Shown piece after piece: positions 24,631 through 38,597 of a stretch of 64,000 nt of DNA (within the stretch, counting starts at the first letter, position 1; every line of letters begins with the position of its first letter). Made by a program: the position numbers and the translations under genes. The notes beneath the pieces are model-generated. The model was given only the letters and a program-made list of their open reading frames with translations. It did not search any database and was not told the DNA's origin. Origin of the DNA: Hemiscyllium ocellatum (taxonomy: Eukaryota); assembly GCF_020745735.1 (NCBI RefSeq), contig NC_083409.1, forward strand, positions 21,090,098 through 21,154,097, read 5' to 3'.

Positions 24631-25729
24631 AACACTTGGGACTCTCTACCATTTTTCCATTCGTTATGAGTTCAACTTTCTGCGTCTCACATTTTTTTCT
24701 CGAAAATGACCCAGTCTGTGTCCTATACTATTGGTCATATCACTAAACTGGATGCATTTAAAATTTGTTGTAACCAGTGGAGGAGTGGGTCAGCAAAAGG
24801 GCACAGTGATCCTCCAACACTTGTCAGAACACGAATGAGAATTCTCATTGGACTGTTCAAGTGGTAATTCCCTTTCCCAAACGTTTTTGGTGCCTGGATG
24901 TTTGCATTTGTTCAAAGTTGTCTTGTAGTCAAACATTTGCCAGACAAGTGAATGTAGGAAAATAGTATACAGACGGAAAAGTGCTGCGGAGACCATAATC
25001 AGATCAACGAAGTTCTTAGTGCCTGTTGAAGCAGTGACAATGTGGCTAATGAACCACTCTTGTTTCTCAGTCCAATGTTCCTATCTTCTATTCAGACCCT
25101 CAAACCTCCTGCACTGGCGATGACAGGGGCAACTTGCTCCAAATACTTGATCCACAGTAACACATGATCTCATTCATTCCCTCCAGGCTGTCACACACAG
25201 TTTGATGTGGGTTGGAAAATATTATTTCAAAACCCATGTTGTGTTCGAAAGACACCTTTGGTCTCTTTACAGAGTGTCTACTCTCTGCAACTTGTGCTTC
25301 ATTTGTTCGTCATGGTGTGGACCCAGATTCACTGTGAATACAGCCCCCAGACCTCACACAGAGATGACTCACAAAGTGTTTTGCTCTGTCTTTCAATAAC
25401 AGAACGTTCAGGAAAATTACAACCATTAACTTTGTAATTACAGAATATGAGAACGTAAGGAACAAGATCAGGTAGTTTGAAAAATCAAGCCATTGCATAC
25501 CATCATGGCTGATCTATTATTAGCATTAACTCCTCTTTAATGTACAATTCTTCACACCCCCTCATCTCTCTGACAAGTCAAAAAATCCATGTACCATCTT
25601 TTTGAATACTTTCAGTCATGTAGCTCCCCTAACTCTCTAGCCCAGATAATTCCTGACACTGATTACCAGCTTTGAGAGGAAACCACTCCCTACACATACA
25701 TCGTCACCTATTGATACGCACAAGAGATG

Positions 25730-26530
25730 AACACAGGGCTCAGGAAAGACTGAATGGTCTTGATATCAAGGCAGTATTTGACTGAGGATGTCATCGCAAG
25801 CGCCATCTTATTTGAGCTTAATAGGGATCAGATGTCCTCTCCTGACTGGCTGGTGTCGTTCAGAGCACAAATGAAGATGCCTATGGGTGGGGAACGATAA
25901 TCTTCTCAGTGCCAGGACATCTTTTCCGGAGATCCTCAGGGTAGGTCCCCGCAGCACAACCATCTTCAGCTACTTCATCAATGTCTTTCCCCATCATCAG
26001 GCCAGAAGTGGGGGTGGTCACTGAGGGTTACACAACGTTCAGAACATTTGTCTCCCGTCAGCTCCAGAAGCAGTCTGTGTCCAAGTTCAGTAATACCAAG
26101 GCAACATTCAGGGTTGTGCTGTTAAAGTGGCAGTAACATTCATGCAACAGCGCTGTCAGACACAGTTAAAAGAGGAGCTCATTCAGCACTTCAAGCTGGT
26201 TACATACCGAAAGGTGGAAGCTGTTTTGCCCATCGAAACTACTGAACAAGAAAAGGGACAGCCCATACAATTCCACCGCCTATTTCACAGAAAGAAGAGG
26301 GGTCAGGTCAGTATATTGAGCTGTTAAATAGAATCAGCTAGAGCGCAATCAGTCCCTTGAACATGTTCCGTGGGTTGAGGAGACCATTTAGCCCCTCAAG
26401 ACACTCATGTAAGAACAAGAGAGTGTCATTGATGCTCCAACCTGACAAAACAATGAAGCAGAGACTGCACTCATGGATGGCTCTCCGATGTTCCTCGTGG
26501 GTCCATTGCCTGTGGGATGCCTGCTACTTT
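25730..26530 (+). mobile_element. Decayed L2/CR1-clade LINE RT fragment
   Basis: cttgatatcaaggcagtatttgac, gatcctcagggtaggtccc..caaccatcttcagctacttcatcaatg (decayed PQGS..GPTIFS.FIN). Confidence 0.6.
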
Positions 26531-27504
26531 AACATGGTTTTTTGGCACTGAGGATGGAAGCCAGATGTTTTGTACCAAGTCCCATAGAGGCATTTTCCAG
26601 CTCTGAGTAGACAGATCCACGTTCTCCATGGAGGTCAGAAAAATGATGGGAGTAGTTAATTGTTTTAGAATGAAAGTATTGTGGCTGCAGTCAGGATTGT
26701 GGATAACGTGATGTTCAGTACAGGATAACACACCAAATGCCCTTCATTAATGTGGGGAGAGTTTATTCAAATTCTGATCCTCTGACTCTCTCTCTCAATT
26801 GACATAGGCATTGGGAGTGGGGTGCGAAGAATCGTCCTCAGAGGCTCTTGTAACCCGAGTAAAAACACGTCATGGATTTTATTACCGTATCAGTGACATT
26901 TTAGAACATCATGAGAGACTGTCCATTCCCCTTAAGTTTCAATGTATTCATATTTTTATTCTCTCAGAGCGCTAAAGATTAATCTTCATTCTCCCCTCAT
27001 TGTACACCATCCCAGGAATTAGTCTGGTGTAAAACCTTTCCATTCTCTCTGTGGCAGAGCGATTATTCCTTATATCGGAAAGAATATCTGTCCACAATGT
27101 TCCAAAGACTGCCTCAACAACACTCTCAGGGTTGATGACAATAATTTCTTTTTCTGTCTTAGACATCTCTGTTTCTTTTCTGTGGCATTAAAAAAAAACC
27201 TTTCCTTCTCGCTACACTGCGACTGATGCAGAATTTAAAAGCTCCTTACATCTGTATGTGAGCATCAACAAAGCCAACACCAGAGGTGCTAAGGGAGATG
27301 AACATCACTCTCAGGGGAAGACTAAGAAGGATTGCACTTGAAATAAGGAATGGTCACCCACCTGAATGGAAATGAGCTGTAAGAATATGGAAAACAGGCA
27401 GAGCAAGGGAGTTATCTTTTCTTTTGTTCTTCCCTAACAGAATGCTTGCAGCCCTGGCCAGGCCAGCATGTTATGCTGATCCTGAACTGAATGGCTGGTT
27501 CAGC

Positions 27505-27755
27505 TGTTCCACAGGACAGTAAAGAGTAAAACACATTGCTGTGGGTTTACAGTCACACAGAGACCTGATCAGGGAAGGAAGACTCATTGCCTTCACTAAA
27601 GAACATGAGGTAAGCAGATGGGCTTTTTTATAATTAATGATGATGGTTTCATTCCAATGCCACCAATTTCCTTCATATCAATAGAATATTATTCGGTGGC
27701 TCTAGATCATGAGCCAATGACTTGAAAACCATGCACTATGTTCTCATCTGACAGT
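27505..27755 (-). mobile_element. Decayed SINE family B
   Basis: acagtaaagagtaaaacacattgctgtgggtttacagtcaca, paralogous to 21660-21720. Confidence 0.55.
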
Positions 27756-28900
27756 TTCTGTGCAGAGAACAAGTTAAACATTTCAAGTGCAATTATTTTG
27801 TGATGGACAAGTGGTTAGAAAGGGATTGAAACAGGTGCACTGAGGAGGAGACTGGGATATCATTATGGAGGTATTGGACAGGATTAGTGAGTGGGGAGGA
27901 TATGGAGATATCGATCTGTTCAGGGCTAGAAGGATGATAGAGTTTTAGAAGTGTCTGATTCCTTCTCGCATATTAATGAGTAATTTGAAAGTAGTAATTT
28001 GCTCATGATAATTTAAGGAATGGAATTTTTGAGTGGGGCTGAAAATGTAGACTTCCACCTTTCCAAATTTTAATAATATGAATAGCAATTCAGCTTAACC
28101 TGCTTTAATAGACAGTTAGAACGACTTAACAGGAACACCAAGTATTGAGAGGATGGGATAGTAACCAGTTTGAATAACAATCAGCACATCATAGATCCAC
28201 CATGCTAATGATGTCCAAGGTTGGTAAAGCCAGTAAAGACTACATTATAAACTCCTGTCCATTGTTGCAACATTCCAGTATAATGCTCCCAGATTTTGAT
28301 CCGTTGTTGGAGCATTCCCGTCTAATATTCTCATATTCTGATTAATTGTTGGATCCTTCCCTTCAGTCTGGGGCTGCTGATTCCTGTTACTGCTGTGAGT
28401 GATGCTCCCACATGTACTATGGGATAACACATTGAACCGAGTCCCTCATTAATCGAAAAGGCAAATCTTACAGTGACACATTTAGGATTCACGGAGACCG
28501 ACATTAATCACAGTCAGTGAGCAAATATCTCCAACAAACGCTTTTTAATTCAAAATTGTTTTATTAAGATTCAAAATAATGAATAAAATATACACATTCT
28601 GGATAGGATATGTCAGGGTGTGCAAGGGAACGAATGTTGGGGCTTGTAGAACAATTGAGTGTAACTATTCAATCTACATTGGATATGGGAGCAATGCCAG
28701 AGGTTTTTTGGAACATACATATCTTCTCTGTTTATAAATGGAAAAATTAATCCGGAAACTACTGCTCAGGCATTATAATATTAGAAAACAATTGAGAGAA
28801 CTCTTATATCCCAAGACTGATGAGAAAATGTGCCTCAGACAGCGTGGGTTGTAATAGATAGACGGTATGAATATGTTAACAGAAAAATGTATCTCAGAGA

Positions 28901-30516
28901 CAATGGGAAGTGCAGATGCTGGAGAATTAAGTGTAGATAAAGCATGGCGGTGGAAAAGGCACAGCACGTCAGGCAGCATCCGAGGAGCAAGAGAGTCAGC
29001 GTTTCGGGCAAGACCCTTCTTCAGAACTGGGGATGGGAAGGGAGATGAAAGAAAAATGGGTGGTGGGGGGTGAGGTTGTGGTAGAGGTAGGTGATAGGTC
29101 GACATTGATGGGAGGTGATAGTGATAAGTTGGTGAGTAGTATAGACTGGATCAGGAGGCCCCCTGAGAGGGTGGGGCATGAGTCAGAGGGTTGGATCTCG
29201 GATCTGGGTGGGCGAGAGAAGAGTTGCAAGTTAATGAATCCAATATTCATGCTGTGTGTTTGTAGGCTCCCGAGGCTGAAAATGAGGTGATCCTGGCAGC
29301 ATCCTACTTAATCTCTTCTGAACCCTCTCCAGCTTAATAATATCATTCCTATAACAGAACTCCACGCAGTACTGCAGAAGAGGATTTATCAATGTCCTGC
29401 ACAATCTCACGATGACTCCCTAAATTCTAAGAACGTGGAAAAGAAGATAGGCAAGTAGGACAAGTCATGGGCCCAGTGTTGAGCTGGAAGATTGGAACTG
29501 GGGTGAGGTGGGGGAAGGGGAAATGAGGAAACGGTTCAAGTCCACATTGATGCCCTGAGGTTGAAGTGTTCTGAGGTGGAAGATGAGGCCTTCTTCCTCT
29601 AGGCGTTGGGTGGTGAGGGAGGGGCAGTGAAGGAGGCCCAGGACCTCCATATCCTCGGCAGCTTGGGAGGGAGAGTTGAAATGTTGGGCCACATGGCGGG
29701 GTGGTTGATTGGTGCGGGTGTCCAGAGATAGTCTCTAAAACAATCTGCGAGGAGCCGTCCAGTCCCCCAAATGTAGAGGAGACGGCGTCGGGAGAAACGG
29801 ATACAATAAATGATGTTGGTGGATGTGCAGGTAAAAAATTGATGGATGTGGAAGCTCCTTTAGGGCCTTGGGTGGGAGGGAGGAGGTATGGGTGCAGGTT
29901 TTGCAATTCCTGCAGTGGCAGGGGAAAGTGCCAGGATGGGAGTGTGGGTTGTAGGGGGACGTGGACCTGACCAGGTCGTCATGGAGAGAATGGCCTTTGC
30001 GGCATGCAGGAAGGGACGTGGAGGGAAATCTATGCTTGGTGGTGGGGTCCATTTGGAGGTGGCGGAAATGTCGGTGGATGATTTGGTTTATGCATAGGTT
30101 AGTACGGTGGAAGGTGAGCACCAGGGGCGTTCTGTCCTTGCTACGGTTGGAGGGTTGGGGTCTGAGGGTGGAGGAGCAGGATGTGGATGAGATGTGTTGG
30201 AGGCCATCTTTAAGAACGTGTGAAGGGAATTGTATTCTCTAAAGAAGGAGGCCATCTGGTGTGTTCTGTGGTGGGACTGGTCCTTCTGGGAGCAGATACG
30301 GCGGAGACATGGGAATTGGGAATGCGGGATGGCATTTTTGCAGGAGATAGGATGGGAAGAGATGTAATCCAGGTAGCTCTGGGGGGTCATTTTTTTAAGA
30401 AAAAGAATGTCGGTATCAAGTCGGTCGTCATTAATGGACATGGAGAGGTCCAGGAACGGGAGGAATGTGTCAGAGATGGTCCAAGTAAATTTAAGGTCAG
30501 GGTGGAATGTGTTGGA
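28901..30516 (-). mobile_element. Penelope-like retroelement remnant(s): RT thumb, Cys cluster, GIY-YIG endonuclease, 3'UTR with hammerhead-like motif (family B tail)
   Basis: LKFTWTISDTFLPFLDL..SYLDYISSHP..CKNAIPHSQF..LRRICS; PGTFPCHCRNCKTC. Reading the third frame myself gives TNIIYCIRFSRRRLLYIWGTGR (GIY-YIG). The C-terminal motif occurs twice (LIFHLRTLQPQGINV; LIFSLGSLQTHSMNI). Hammerhead-like core at 28996-29024. Confidence 0.9.
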
Positions 30517-30519
30517 CAA

Positions 30520-30655
30520 AATCTATGGACAATTTAGCATGGCCAATCCACCTGACCTGCACATCTATGGATTGTGGAAGGAAACCAAAGCACCTGGAGG
30601 AATGCCATGCAGACACAGGGAGATTGTGCGAACTGCACGCAGTCACCTAAGACTG
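30520..30655 (-). mobile_element. HE1-like V-SINE internal fragment
   Basis: ggacaatttagcatggccaatccacctgacctgcacatc... Confidence 0.7.
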
Positions 30656-31634
30656 GAACACATTGACTATTATGGTTTGAGAATTGCAATCTGATAGAGA
30701 AGGGAAAGATGTCAGTATTGAATTATATACAACTTATATACAAGCATTATGAACAATACATGCAAATGGGAGGAGTGTAAAAGCAGAATTTAGCTCCTTG
30801 TCCAAACTATTATTTGTGGTTCCCTCATAAAAGACCTCAACTGCATCAGGCTGTCAAAACACCAAAATATGAAAAACAAGAGACAGGAATTTCCAATTCT
30901 TCCTCTGTAACAACATCTGTAGAACAGGTAGAAAATCAAGGTTTGTTTCTGTAATTCATAAATGTGAATGATATTAATGTGGGAGATGAGGTGTGTTGGA
31001 GGATGAAAAGCAATGTTGTGGATGACACAATGATTAGCCGGATGGGTCAAGGTGAGGAGGAATGTGTTAAGTTACAGGCGGGTACAAATTGATTGTTCAG
31101 ATGTGGTTTAGCTGGGGCTCCCCACAGACGGTTTGCAAACAGACCTGACAGCTACTGACCTTGCAATACCCACCTGAAATTGGACCTGAATGGGAAAATG
31201 GAATGTCAACCTTGGGCCATCAATATACCAACCCCGGGTTGAGTCTGATTAATGAGGGTAAATGAACTTGATCATTCCATTGGCAGATCCTCCATACCCT
31301 CTCAAGGGCTTGAAGACTTGGAAGGATAAGAATCACCTCAAAATCCCACAGCGTGCGGTAACTGGAGAATAGCCACTGAGAAAGAAGACAACTCCAAGAC
31401 CATCAGAAGAATAAGAAGGCATCACCATGTGGAGCCTGGCCAAGTTCTAGTGTAGTTATACATGGTCAGCCAAAGCGAAGTAAAAGCATAAGACAGTTTG
31501 CAGTATTTTTCATTACTTTATAGTAAACTTTATTGTACTAACATTGATCGTGCTCAATAAACAAATATTATTATTTGTAAGAGTTGACTCAGTTCTTTTG
31601 ATGAATAGAAGATTTCAAACACACTGTGCGGCAG

Positions 31635-33480
31635 ATGCAACACCTTCATAACTCTTGACTCAACCTGTAAGTTTACCTTGAGACAATCCTGAACTCGCAA
31701 CTCTCTTTGCTTTTCAGACTTCTGAATTTTCTCGCCATTTATAAAATAGTCCATGCCTCTCTCCCTCCTCACAAAGTGCATCACTTCAGGCTTTCCCAAG
31801 ATGTACTCCATTTGCAATGTCTTTGCCCACTCTCCTACCCTGTCTAAATCCCTCTGCATCCTCCCTGCCATCTCAATGCTGCCTGTCCCTTTACCTACCT
31901 TTGTATCATCTAAAAACCTAGCCAGAATACTCTCAGTTCCTTAATGTAGATCATTAATATACAAAGTAAAAAGTTGTGGTCCCAACACTGAGCCATGTGG
32001 AACACCATTTGTCATCTGCTGCTATCCCAAGAAGGTCCTTTTTATTGCCACTCTCTACTTGCTGCCAGATAACCAAGCTTCTACACTCACTAGTAACATG
32101 CCTCGAACAAAATGGAGCCTTATTTTACTCAGCAGCCTCATGTGTGGCACCTTGTCAAAATCCTCTTGAAGTCCAGGTGGGTAACATCCATCGGATTTCC
32201 TTTGTCTCACTTGGTTATTACATCCTCAAATAACTCTTACAGATTTATGAGCAATAACAGCCCCTTGATGAAGCCATAATGTCTTTGCCCAACTTTACAA
32301 TTCACTTGCAAGTATTCAGAAATCTCATCCTTCACAATGGATTCCAGGATCTTACGCACGACTGAGGTTAGGCTAATTGGTCTGTCACTTTCTGTCTTTT
32401 GCCTTATTCCATTTTTAGACAGGCTGTCACTTTACTAACTTCATCGTCTTCTGAGTCTCTCCCTGATTCTAGAAATTCATGAAAGATCACCAGAAATGTC
32501 TTCATTATTTCTTCAGATATCTCACTTGTAACTCTGGGATATCGTCCATCTGTCCAGTTTATTTATCCATTTAGTTTTTCGAGCACATTCTCCTAATAAG
32601 CTCTGTCCCCTCATTGTCTTGCATTTGTAGGATACTATTCGTATCATTCACTGTGAAAACCGATGTGAAATATTTGTTCAGTTCCTCAGCCATTATTTGT
32701 TTCCCATTACTATATCTCTAGCGTCGTATTCCACGTCCCAATGTTCATTTCTGCCTCTTTTTTGCACTTTATATATCTAAAGAAACTCTTGCAGTCGCAT
32801 TTTATATTAATGGATAGCTTACCCTCATATTTAATCTTCTTCCTCCTATTTTTATTTTTTTTTGCCCTCTACTGGTAGTTGTAAGCTTCCAAATCTTTTG
32901 TTTTCCCATTGTCATTGCCATGTTATTTGATTTCTCTTTTGCTTTTATGCTAACCCTGATTTCACCTGTCATTCATTGTTGCCTCATCCTCCATATACCA
33001 TGCTTCTTTTAGCTTGGGATGAATCTCTGCTGCGTCTCCTGAATTACTCCCAGAAACTCCCACCATTACTATTACACTGCCTTTCCTGCTAACCTACTCT
33101 CCCAGGCAATCTAACCCAGTTCCTCCCTCATGCTTTTGTAGTTGCTTTGATTCATCGGTAATATTGATAACTCTGATTCTATCTTCACCCTCTCAAATTG
33201 AAGAGTAGGTTCAATGATATTATGATCACTGCCTCATAAAGGTTTCTTTACCTTAAGCTCCCTTATCAAGTCTGTCTCATTGCACAACACTAAATCCAAT
33301 ATTACCCGTTCTCTCGTTTCCTGCACCATAAACTGCTCCAAAAAGCAATCTCGCAGACATTCCACAAATTCCTTTTCTTGCAAACCATCACCAACCTGAT
33401 TTTCCCAGTCCAGCTGCATATTGAAATCCCCCCAATCACTGCAACTTTGCCTTTTCTACCTCCTGATCTGTCCTCCGCCC
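31635..33480 (-). mobile_element. Decayed CR1 ORF2 (APE to RT) with deletions
   Basis: ORF 33234-33419 EFVECLRDCFLEQF..TRERVILDLVLCN; ORF 31554-31871 MQRDLDRVGEWAKTLQMEY..K.EVMHF. Confidence 0.85.
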
Positions 33481-35389
33481 TAGCTCCTGACTATGAATTG
33501 TAAACCTGTACGTAACCTGTATGGTTTTTCATCTTTGTGATTCATCAATTCTACCCACACACATCCCACTTTGTCCCTACTTTTAGTTTTGGGAACTGAG
33601 TGATGGAACGGGAAAACATTTTACTATTGTCACAAGTTCATAGTTTAGACATTGATTAAAAACATGACATTGTCAATTCCTTTGGAATGTGGCCATAGTC
33701 TATTTCTTTGGCCAAATATTTTGTCTGTATTATAGGGAAGAATGCAGGCTTTTGAACCTGTTAGAAAAGCATGATGTGAAGAGGATTTGAGTCTATAAAG
33801 CGATTAAGAGGGGTCAAGTGAAGAGAAAAATATTGCTGTATGGAGCACCGTAGGAAATATTGTCTGTGCACTCAAAGCCTTTTAAAATTAAATGCTAAAA
33901 CAATATTTCAGCTTGTGTGAGAGATTACCAGGAGCGGATTGGCTATAAAACTGAAAAGTATCTCAGCAAAGAAGATTTTGGTTATTTTAATTCTCTCAAA
34001 GTGTTGTGTATTTGCGAACTCTCTTCTCAGATAACAATGGAGGATAAAACATTGAATATTCCTAAGGCAGAGGCAGGTAGATTCTTGACTAAAAAACGAT
34101 GCATGAACATTGTAAGAGCATAAGATGAAAGTGTGAAAGAGGTCGTAATCAGATCGTGCAAGATCATATTGCATGACAGATCTGTATTGATGTCTTACTC
34201 GTGATGCTAGTTTCTGCATTTCTTTGGCTTTAGATACTGAACGATTATGAGATGATTATCATGAACATGAAGACTTTTCCTTTCAGATTATTGGGCACAG
34301 CTTTCCATATGTGACTTTTAAACAGCACTCAGAAGCACTCAGGAAAGTTTCATGGTTTTGGAGAAAGGTCAGGAGCATAGCGCAAAATGAAAGCCTGCCT
34401 TGAAACTGCTTTAGAAATCAGATGGGATGAATGGACAAGTTTTATTCTGCACATTACTTTCAGTTGTTTTTCTGAGGTTAGTTTCATAGCAAGGCCAGCA
34501 TTCTGTTGCCTATGTGTAATTTCTATTCAGAATATGGTGATAAACCGCAGAGATTTTTGTGGTGCAGGAACACTAACAGACATATTACAAAGAGAGAAAT
34601 GAGGTTCTGAACCATTTGACAGTGAAGGGCGAATGATATAGCTTCAAGTCGGTGTGCTGTGTGACCTTGGAGATTATATTCCTCACCATTTGATGCTCAC
34701 AAGCTATGGAAATAAGTGAGACTATATTCTCTATTTTCAACAATTAAAGTGATAGTCTTACAGCACATAAACAGGCCCTTCACCCCAATACATCTATGCC
34801 AGCCAAAAAACACCAACGTACACTATTCCCAGTTATCTGAAGACCTGAGCGATTTTGTTTTTGTTCTTTTATATATGTACAAAATGGTTTCATTGACATA
34901 GATAACCCATTATAAATACAGCGGCAAACTCATCAGAGCAATAAAAATCTCGACAATAAAATTCCGATTGCCTTTTTGATTGATTTGTGATTTTAATGGA
35001 GCTAGACCAGCATTAATTGCCCTTGAGATGTTCCAGTCCAGTTGGTGTTGGTCCATCCAAGTGACTGTTGAGAAGGAGTGCCAGATGTGCATCTCATGTG
35101 TTGGTTCAGACTGTGGGGAGCTGCAGCCTGTCTGGATTCTGCAGCATATGGATTAGTAGAGAATTTATTCAGGGCTGGGTTCCAGAAAATAGGCGGCAGA
35201 CCTGGATCGGTGCAGGCTTGGAGGGCTGAAGGGTCTGCTCCTGTGCTGGATTATTTTTTTGTTCTTCGTTCTTTATTTTTCATTCTAAAAATTGCAAGTT
35301 TTCAACTCATTGTATGTTACAATTTAATAGCATAAACCATTTATTTATTTGACAGTGCATGTTAAATTATTGTCATTTCTAAATTTGAG

Positions 35390-37920
35390 TCAGCGAGTCA
35401 TAGAGATGTACGACACGAAAACAGACCCTTTGGTCCAACTCGGCCACGCTGACCAGATATCCCACCCCAATCTAGTCACACCTCTCAGCACCCGGGCCAT
35501 ATCCATCCAAACCCTTCCTACTTATATACCCATCCAGAAGCTTTTTAAATGTTGCAATTGTACCAGCCTCCATCATTTGCTCTGGCAGCTCATTCCATAC
35601 ACATACCACCCTCTACATGAAAAAGTTGCCCCTTAGGTCTCTTTTATATCTTTCCCCTTTCACACTAAACCTGTGCCCTCGAGTTCTGGACTCCTCCACA
35701 CCATGGAGTATTTACTCTATCTATGCCCCTCGTGATTTTGTAAACCTCGAAATGGTCACCACTCAGCCTCCGACCCTCCAGGGAAAACTGCCCTAGCCTA
35801 TTCAGGCTCTCGCTACAGCTCAAATGCTCCAACCCTGGCAAAATCCTTGTAAATCTTTTCTGAACCCTTTCAAGTTTCACAACTTCCTTCCAATAAGAAG
35901 GAGACCAGAGTTGCATGCAACATTCCAAAATTGCACTCACCAACTTCCTGTACAGCCACAACATGACCTCCCAACTCCTGTACTCAATACTCTGACCAAT
36001 AAAGGAAAGCATATGGAACATCTTCTTCACTATTCTATCTATCTACGAATCTACTTTCAAGGAGCAATGAACCTGTACTCCAACGTCTCTTTGTTCGGCA
36101 ACACTCCCTAGGACCTCACCATTAAGAGCATAACTCCTGCTAAGATTTGCCTTCCCAAAATGCAGCACCTCATATTTATGTAAACTGAACTCCATCTGCC
36201 GCTCCTAAGCTCATTGGCCCATCTGATCCTGTTGCAATCTGAGGTAATCTTCTTTGCTGTTCTCTACACCTCCAATTTTAGTGTTATCTGCAAACTTGTT
36301 AACTATACTGCTTAAGGTCACATTTAAATCATTTATATAAATGATGAAAAGTATTGGACCCAACACCGATCCTTGTGGCACTCCACTGGTCACAGGCCTC
36401 CAGTCTGTAAAACAACCCTTCACCACCACGCTCTGTCTTCTACCTTTGAGCCAGTTCTGGATCCACATGGCTAGTTCTCCCTGTATTCCATGATATCTAA
36501 CTTGGTTAACCAGTCTCCTACGGGGAACCTTGTCGAACGACCTACTGAAGTTCAAATAAATCACATCCGCCACTTTGTCCTCATCAATCACCATTGTTTC
36601 TTCTGAAAAAATTCAAACAAGTTTGTGAGACATGATTTTCCACTCACATAAACACGTTGACTATCCCTACTCAGTCCTTGCCTTTCCAAATACATGTACA
36701 TCCTGTCCCTCAGGATTCCCTCCCACAACTTGCCCACCACTGCTGTCAGGCTCACTGGCATATAGTTCCCTGGCCTGTCCTTACCAACTTTCTTAAACAT
36801 TGGCACCACATTCACCAACCTCCAGTCCTCTGGCACCTCACCTATGGCTATTGATGATACAAATACCTCAGTTACAGGCCCAGCAATCCGTTCCCTGGTT
36901 TCCTACAGAGTTCTCGGTTACACCTTATCAGGTTCCGGGGATTTATCCACTTTTATGCGTTTCAAGACATCCAGACATCCTCCTCTGTAATATGAACATT
37001 TTTGAAGATGTCACTATTTATTTCCTTACATTCCATATCTTCCATGTCTTTCCAACAGTAAACATTGATGCAAAATATTTATTTAGTATCACCCCCAACT
37101 CCTGCGTTCCACACACAAAGGCCTCCAGGCTGATCTTTGAGGGGGCGCTATTCTTTCCCTACTTACCCTTTTGTCCTTAATGTCTTTGTAAACTCTTTTT
37201 GGATTTTCTTTAATTCTGTTTGCCAATGTTATCTCATGTCCCCTTTTTGCCCTCCTGATTTCCCTCATACGTATACTCATATCGCTTTTGGTACTCTAAG
37301 GATTCACTCAATCTACCTTGTCTGTACCTGATATAAGCTCCCTTCTTTTTCTTAACCAGACCATCAATTTCTTTAGTCATCCAGCATTCCCTATACCTAC
37401 CAGCCTTTCCCTTCACCGTAACAGGAATATGATGTCTCTGGACTCTCGTTACCTAATTTCTGAATGCTTCCCACTTTCTTGCTGCCCCTTTATCTGCCAA
37501 CATCTGCCCCCAGTCAGCTTTTGAATGTTCTTGCCTAATATCATCAAAGTTAGCCTTACTCCAATTTAGATTACTTACTTACAGTGTGGAAACAGGCCCT
37601 TTCGCCCAACAGGTCCACAGCGACCCTCCGAAGACCAACCCAACCAGACCCATTCCCCTATATTAACTTCTTCACCTAACACTATGGGCAATTTAGCATG
37701 TCCAATTTACCTAACCTGCACATCTTTGGACTGTGCTAGGAAACCCACGCAGACATGGGGAGAATGTGCAAACTCCAAACAGAGAGTTGCTCGAGGCAGG
37801 AATTGAACCCGGGTCTCTGGCGCTGTAATGCAACAATGCTAACCACTGTGCCACCCGTAGAACTTCAACTTTTAGATCTGGTCTATCATTTTCAATCACT
37901 ATTTTGAAACTAATAGAATT
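35390..37920 (-). mobile_element. CR1 ORF2 remnant with 3' end (same family as 1750-4605)
   Basis: DVIYLNFSRSFDKVP, TSGVPQGSVLGPILFIIYINDL, KFADNTKIGG, VQKRFTRILPGL; IENDRPDLKVEVL matches the 2262 ORF. Confidence 0.95.
37566..37857 (-). mobile_element. HE1-like V-SINE inserted in CR1
   Basis: Tail ttagattacttacttacagtgtggaaac and head gctaaccactgtgccaccc; the LINE sequence is continuous on either side. Confidence 0.9.
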
Positions 37921-38597
37921 GTTGGCAAATAGCTGAAGCTCGCACACTTCCTTGAGAATTAAATCGATTGATTATATTTAAATGTGTCAGAATGAGAATT
38001 CCATCTGATTGTTCAATCGTTTGCTCACTCTGAATATGCAAGTTGTCAGAGGTCATCCACTTTGCAAATGATATAGCGACAATGTATGCATTTGAATACT
38101 GGCATTCAATGTGTAATTGTGATCACCAAAATGATCAGACAACATGTAATTTTTGGTACAACACAAAACGCTCAATCTTTACTTTTGTATTATAAAATGT
38201 TGTTAGGTATTTACATTTTAGTTCCATCAATATGGAATTAACTTAATTGTTTTCAGAGATGATGCAATTATTTTTCAGTTGAAAAATTGTAGTTCATATC
38301 TCATCATTGCCCAATTCACAAACATGGCTAACTCCTGATCATTGGTCAAGTCAGTAACCCACCTCGTTGCAATCATGGCTAACATTAGAAATGGACTCCA
38401 AAAGGCCTGAATTCAGGCACCGTGCTACTGGACCTCACAGCTGCCTGTGACACTGAGTGAGATACTGGCCTTCTCCAGAATCTGACCAGAAAGTTTCGAA
38501 CCTGGGTCAGGACAATCATTCAAACATTCCTTCAAAGTAAATCATTTGGATTCCACCTTAGGCAGGAGGAAGCTAGCCAACACGCTATCAGTCATCA

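Noticed and set aside
30760-30767. Octamer ATTTGCAT (minus strand) followed by TATA-like tatataa, as in an IgL V promoter
   Set aside because: No leader or V exon follows. An 8-mer is expected once or twice by chance in 64 kb, and another copy sits inside a CR1 at 1762.
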